From a virus, in IMG/VR virus record IMGVR_UViG_3300045988_182237, positions 76,042-108,041 of that record: DNA of 32,000 bases. One strand, given 5' to 3'. The notes beneath the pieces were generated by a model. The model saw nothing but the letters and a program-made list of their open reading frames with translations. It had not been told where the DNA came from and did not search any database. This document shows, piece by piece, positions 27,812-32,000 of this stretch; positions within the stretch are counted from its first letter, which is position 1, and every line of letters starts with the position of its first letter. A program made the position numbers and the translations under genes.

Positions 27812-28392
27812 TACAATTTCTCCCTGATAGAACGCAGACAGCTCAGGATTTTTGCATACAAACGGTAACGATTTTCGCCGCTCGGTACAAAGTCACCAAG
27901 CTTTTTGGAAATGAGAAGTTTATCAAATGCCTCCATAATATCAAAGACGGTGAACAGCTTGTATTGTGCATTTATATGATTCACACGGAACTCGACATCT
28001 TCGACAAGATGCCAATATTCCATGCCATACAACATCGCGCCGCTTTCGTTTGCTTTTCGGTCTTGCTCTTCGTCTGCATCGTCACACACAATATAGACAC
28101 CGTTTTCGTCGAGATAGTTCTCGAAGACGTCGCAGATATCGGAGGCAACAGAACGGATATCGGAATTTGCCTTCACCTCAGGTTCAGGCTGGGCGGCTTC
28201 AACTTTGTACTCGATACTGTCGTGACGAAGTGACTCTTCGATGCCATCAAAAACGATGTCCGCGTAGTCGTTATCATTCCGACACGCTTCGAAAATGTTT
28301 TTGACGGATTCGATTGCCTCTTTGGAATCGGAGCTTCCCTCAACAGAGAACTCCAAAGGAACCAAGGCAACAACTTTGTATTTATTCTTCAT
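27811..28392 (-). CDS. hypothetical protein
   Basis: 193 aa acidic ORF. Confidence 0.8.
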   Translation of the reverse strand: MKNKYKVVALVPLEFSVEGSSDSKEAIESVKNIFEACRNDNDYADIVFDGIEESLRHDSIEYKVEAAQPEPEVKANSDIRSVASDICDVFENYLDENGVYIVCDDADEEQDRKANESGAMLYGMEYWHLVEDVEFRVNHINAQYKLFTVFDIMEAFDKLLISKKLGDFVPSGENRYRLYAKILSCLRSIREKL

Positions 28393-28404
28393 GATTTTTT
28401 CTCC

Positions 28405-28575
28405 TTAGTTTAACAGGATGCCGCAGCATTTGTTCAAGGCAAGTGCGCTTGCAGCGAGAGCAGCAACCTTCTCAAAGGTAATGCTCTCCGCAATTGCACA
28501 GACGCTCATAACAATGAGCAGAACAGCTGCCACAGCAGATACTATTACTATCTGACTTTTGATGCCGGTTTTCAT
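28405..28575 (-). CDS. 56-aa single-TM protein (not in track)
   Basis: MKTGIKSQIVIVSAVAAVLLIVMSVCAIAESITFEKVAALAASALALNKCCGILLN; fills the gap between neighbours. Confidence 0.65.
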   Translation of the reverse strand: MKTGIKSQIVIVSAVAAVLLIVMSVCAIAESITFEKVAALAASALALNKCCGILLN

Positions 28576-28602
28576 GAGCTTTTTCTCTTTCTGTTTATGC
28601 CC

Positions 28603-28938
28603 TTATCGGAGCATATCAATGATTTTTCCAACCAACTCATCATTGGTCACGAACTGATTACGTCCTTTTGCGCCGAGCGATACAGAGGAGTAATCTTTCA
28701 TACTGGCGGCATAGCGAACCATGTTCTTGTCAGACAAGGGCTGATAGCAACTCTTTTCAGTGCTGACGTAAACGCACTTATTGTTGAGAACGTTCTGAAT
28801 GTGGCCAGAGCAGCCAACACGCTTACCGTTGATGATGATGTTGTGTAGGTTATGGGTTAGCATAAGGTCTTTGCTTTCGGTTTCTTTTACCTTTAACTGG
28901 TTCAAGAGTTTTCGGGACAGATAAACGGTTGCTTTCAT
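28603..28938 (-). CDS. hypothetical protein
   Basis: 111 aa ORF with RBS aggagg. Confidence 0.75.
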   Translation of the reverse strand: MKATVYLSRKLLNQLKVKETESKDLMLTHNLHNIIINGKRVGCSGHIQNVLNNKCVYVSTEKSCYQPLSDKNMVRYAASMKDYSSVSLGAKGRNQFVTNDELVGKIIDMLR

Positions 28939-28955
28939 TGTGACTTCCTCCTAAT

Positions 28956-29783
28956 TCAAATGAAGTATTTGTAAGCGGCAGTTAAGCGTTTGCGGTACAG
29001 GTCTAACGTGGTCAGCCCTCCTGCATAGACTTTGCGGGAAGAGATTATCACGTTGGTTCCTGCTTCCATATGGGAGAAGAACATCGAAAGGCAATCTTCC
29101 AGGCTGTCGCTTGTAGTGAGAGTTTCGTACACCGGATATGAGTATTTGGCGGCTTTGCTGTATGTGCTATTGAGCTCATACACGAAGAACATCACCTGTC
29201 CCGTAACGGTGTTGGGGTCATAGCCATTGCCATAACACCAGTTGAAAAGGTCTGTCTTTCGGCTATAAGTCCATTGCAGGAGTCCATAGCCGCCATCCGA
29301 AGGGTTTTCGGCCGAGGCTTTAAGACCGCTTTCCATCGACATGCAGCCCATCACTGCGGCAGTACCGGCCTTTGAAAGGCCAGCGGACCGCAGAGCTGTG
29401 TAGATTTCAAGCTCATTGTCGTTGAGATTATCTGGAATTGTTTCGGGTTTCGGTTCAGCTTCTTCGATGGCTGCTTCTGCGGTCTCAATCCGTGGTTCCG
29501 GTTCTGCAGCATCGGAAGATTCGACCTCAGCAGTTGTAATTTCCTCCTGTGCTTCTTCGGAAGTTTCCGTTATCGGGAACGCTTTATCGAGCTCATTCAC
29601 CGTTTCAATGGGAGTGGAAAAAGCGATAGGTTCGGTTTTGGGAGCTATGTTTTCCTCTGCGTGTGCAGGAACAGAAAGCATAAAACCCATGCAGGCGATG
29701 ATGGTAAAAATACACATCACCGCGACGACAACCAGGACATGCTTGTTCCGAAAAATGCTGTTATTATTCTTTTCGACTTTCAT
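28956..29783 (-). CDS. secreted/membrane-anchored phage-lysozyme-like protein
   Basis: N-terminal TM (VLVVVAVMCIFTIIACMGFML), acidic linker, C-terminal GTAAVMGCMSMESGLKASAENPSDGGYGLLQWTYSRKTDLFNW typical of the phage tail lysozyme family. Confidence 0.75.
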   Translation of the reverse strand: MKVEKNNNSIFRNKHVLVVVAVMCIFTIIACMGFMLSVPAHAEENIAPKTEPIAFSTPIETVNELDKAFPITETSEEAQEEITTAEVESSDAAEPEPRIETAEAAIEEAEPKPETIPDNLNDNELEIYTALRSAGLSKAGTAAVMGCMSMESGLKASAENPSDGGYGLLQWTYSRKTDLFNWCYGNGYDPNTVTGQVMFFVYELNSTYSKAAKYSYPVYETLTTSDSLEDCLSMFFSHMEAGTNVIISSRKVYAGGLTTLDLYRKRLTAAYKYFI

Positions 29784-29874
29784 TTTGTGACTCCTTTTTT
29801 GTGTCTTTTCCTTGTAGCGGAAGATTGTGATTTGAGATTTGTGGTTTGTTTTGAATTCCTCCTTTTTCTGTAAA

Positions 29875-29980
29875 CAAAAAAAGGCAGGCCCATCATGAAG
29901 ATGAGTCTGCCTTGAATGAGAACAGAATTATGAATTGTACGAGCACGCGGTGTGCAAAGTAGATGTTATCTGTCGTACAA
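29875..29980 (-). ncRNA. cassette RNA copy 7 (stem-loop about 29934..29980, terminator-like about 29875..29912)
   Basis: TTGTACGACAGATAACATCTACTTTGCACACCGCGTGCTCGTACAA; GGCAGACTCATCTTCATGATGGGCCTGCCTTTTTTT. Confidence 0.65.
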
Positions 29981-29985
29981 CTTTA

Positions 29986-30013
29986 ATACTATGGAATTCG
30001 CAAGGATGTGCAA
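29986..30013 (-). promoter_or_regulatory. promoter TTGCAC-ATCCTTGCGAATTCCA-TAGTAT
   Basis: 16 bp spacer with TGCGA. Confidence 0.7.
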
Positions 30014-30035
30014 GAGCTTTTGATGTGCTTCTTTT

Positions 30036-30575
30036 TCAGGCTTCGTTAAGCCATTTCTGAGTGATATCCATGATTTGATTCTGAAATTCCGGGTCCGGCA
30101 AGGTTTTGCTGTCTGTCCAAATTGAATTTCGGACGATTGGGTAATCATACACGACGCCGTCAACGATATAGGGCCAAAGAACAACTTCACCACCCACAAG
30201 CCAAAGTTTCTGGATTTTGACGGGTTTCTCGTATCTTGTGAGCCAGCATTCACTGGTCACGACAGAATCCGCCACATATTTCTGCGTTTCTTCCTCAGTT
30301 AAGAGATTCGGGTCATCGTCCTTAATGTTGTACATTCGGACAATGAACGGTAACGGCATGTCCTTGGAGTATTTTTTGTTCTGACGCAGCTCAGCGAGCA
30401 GGAATTTTGAGACAAAATGCGCAATGCCGATGCTGGTCAGGCAGTCGTCAAGGGTATGCCCAAGACAAATTCTTGGGATTTCCTGGTCCTCCCCTTTCAT
30501 CCGATTCGTTGGTATCTGCGGAACAACATCGTCCGGCAGGCATCCGGTGTCTGCCATGATATGATAAAGAATCAT
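30036..30575 (-). CDS. hypothetical protein
   Basis: 179 aa ORF, RBS aggagga. Confidence 0.8.
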   Translation of the reverse strand: MILYHIMADTGCLPDDVVPQIPTNRMKGEDQEIPRICLGHTLDDCLTSIGIAHFVSKFLLAELRQNKKYSKDMPLPFIVRMYNIKDDDPNLLTEEETQKYVADSVVTSECWLTRYEKPVKIQKLWLVGGEVVLWPYIVDGVVYDYPIVRNSIWTDSKTLPDPEFQNQIMDITQKWLNEA

Positions 30576-30593
30576 TGATGTTTCCTCCTGAAA

Positions 30594-30675
30594 TAAAAAA
30601 ATAGCAGGCCCTCAAGAATCGAGAGTCTGCGTTGTTCGCACGATGAATCATTCATTCGAGTGTGTTTTTATCGTG
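30594..30675 (-). ncRNA. variant cassette-like RNA (different promoter)
   Basis: CACGATAAAAACACACTCGAATGAATGATTCATCGTG, then GCAGACTCTCGATTCTTGAGGGCCTGCTATTTTTTT. Confidence 0.45.
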
Positions 30676-30727
30676 TAGTTGATATTTTGTTTGGCTTGTA
30701 CACGTAGCCAGCCCAAACAGACATCGT

Positions 30728-31195
30728 TCAGAACGTCTTGTCGTCAGGAACTAGCAGATACATCCAGGACTGTGGTGCTCGCTTAACGCCGAGCTCTCGC
30801 AGCGACATATCCATAGATTGGACATCAGAAACGTTCCAGCAATAAAGAGTGCCGGACTTATTGCCGTATGCAATCAGCTCATTTGCGGTAAGGCAGCTGT
30901 CCTTCACGAATTGAGCGGTCTTTGCGGTCACTTCCGTACCAATAGCATATGCCGGAAGCTCACGCAGGCAATCGAGTGTATTGATGTCACGGCAAACAAA
31001 TGCGGCAGTCACTTTTCCAGCACCACCGTTAGCTTTGGTTTCGTAGCAAAATACTACAAAAGGATAGCTAATTTCCCACGGCATAGTTTTTCGGACCTCA
31101 ATAGTCTTTTCTCCGCTCAGAATTTTTTCAAGCCATTGCTTCTTGATGCTGAGAAGAACGGCTTTATTCGAGTTAATTTCAAGGGCTTTATTCAT
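30728..31195 (-). CDS. ASCH-domain protein
   Basis: VLLSIKKQWLEKILSGEKTIEVRKTMP... ASCH-type N-terminus. Confidence 0.75.
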   Translation of the reverse strand: MNKALEINSNKAVLLSIKKQWLEKILSGEKTIEVRKTMPWEISYPFVVFCYETKANGGAGKVTAAFVCRDINTLDCLRELPAYAIGTEVTAKTAQFVKDSCLTANELIAYGNKSGTLYCWNVSDVQSMDMSLRELGVKRAPQSWMYLLVPDDKTF

Positions 31196-31197
31196 AT

Positions 31198-31360
31198 GTC
31201 AACAACCTCCACCTGAAGGAGGGGCTTAAAATCCCGCAGGATTCCAATAATTCTCACTCAATGGATTTTTACAGCACGGTTCCGTCCGTGCGACCAAGTA
31301 TCTATGAGCTTTCACCGCTGTTGCGGGCGGCATAGCGGGAGTGAGGAAATTGGATTTATG
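31198..31360 (-). ncRNA. candidate TnpB-type omega-RNA/reRNA plus right-end hairpin of an IS200/IS605 relic
   Basis: Downstream of TnpB C-terminal coding fragment; GCACGGACGGAACCGTGC stem and terminal AAGCCCCTCCTTCAGGTGGAGGTTGTTGAC. Confidence 0.6.
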
Positions 31361-31505
31361 CGGGATATAATCCCAACAATCCAACATTACGTATGTTTAT
31401 AGCGGCATTGTGGTCGCGGTTATGTGTTGTACCGCAGCCACTGCATGTCCAACTTCTGTCTGCCAGTGTAAGGTCATCTTTTATAAGACCACCATTTCTT
31501 AAACT
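31356..31505 (-). pseudogene. tnpB: TnpB C-terminal fragment
   Basis: [46 protein letters not shown], with the C-terminal CxxC and NRDxNAA motif. Confidence 0.85.
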
Positions 31506-32000
31506 ATGTATGCATCACAATGCTGCTTTTTCCAGTACAGGTCATCGATGATATCCGAAAGGTACTGGTTTTGCTTTAAGACGAAAAACGATACCGGATT
31601 ATGCTTTACGATGAAACCAAGTCCCGTTCGTTCATCGTAAATATCTTTCATGTGGTTCAGCCACTTTGAAAAATTTTTGATATGGGAATTATCTCGAAGT
31701 ATAAACCTGCCGAACCATTGCTGCTTAATGATTTGTCTTTCCTTTGCTCGCTCTTTGGATTCTTGTTCATTCCATACGATATTGTCAGGTTCGACAATTA
31801 CATAGGGAATCTTCTGCCTATCCATTTCGTCTATGACGGATTCCGTTTGGCAAACGAAGATAAAATCATATTTTCCTGATTTTGCCTCTTTCATGAAGCT
31901 ATTTATGTATTCTTTTTCCCATCCGGCAGTTTTTTCATAAGTAGAACTATCACTATCCCGCATTGAATAGCCATATTTGTTTTGGTGATTCGCGAGCCAT
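31499..32000 (-). CDS. phage-type small kinase-like/P-loop-associated protein, partial at right edge
   Basis: Frame open to window end: ...[24 protein letters not shown]...[30 protein letters not shown]; the DSDSSxF-like motif is familiar from phage hypothetical kinase-like proteins. Confidence 0.55.
   Translation of the reverse strand, partial: WLANHQNKYGYSMRDSDSSTYEKTAGWEKEYINSFMKEAKSGKYDFIFVCQTESVIDEMDRQKIPYVIVEPDNIVWNEQESKERAKERQIIKQQWFGRFILRDNSHIKNFSKWLNHMKDIYDERTGLGFIVKHNPVSFFVLKQNQYLSDIIDDLYWKKQHCDAYIV

Overview
The window carries about 39 short genes, all on the minus strand, and looks like an accessory segment of a large phage or plasmid-like element from a Firmicute-type host. Host and replicon type are inference. 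Recognisable products are an NAD-dependent DNA ligase, a DUF262/ParB-like protein, an alpha/beta hydrolase, a lipoprotein, a GHKL-fold ATPase, a DUF5684-type membrane protein, a secreted lysozyme-like protein, an ASCH-domain protein, two IscB RNA-guided nucleases with candidate omega-RNAs, and several IS200/IS605-family relics. The main unexplained signal is a repeated intergenic module. Thirteen minus-strand promoter-like sequences share the form TTGnnn-N4-(T/G/A)TGCGA-N6-TAnnnT (one has a GATAAT -10), always with exactly 16 bp between -35 and -10. Eight of them start an RNA of about 90-105 nt whose extreme 5' end folds into a stem (typically UUGUACGA...UCGUACAA) with compensatory changes between copies. 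Each RNA ends in an intrinsic-terminator-like hairpin plus U-tract, followed in seven of the eight by the RBS and next gene. This fits a multicopy attenuator, put-like antiterminator or sRNA family. A second signal is a well-initiated ORF (13581..13949) with two in-frame amber codons, in a region where TAG is almost never used as a stop. Long plus-strand ORFs in the track are antisense artefacts. All calls are by eye; no database searches were run.
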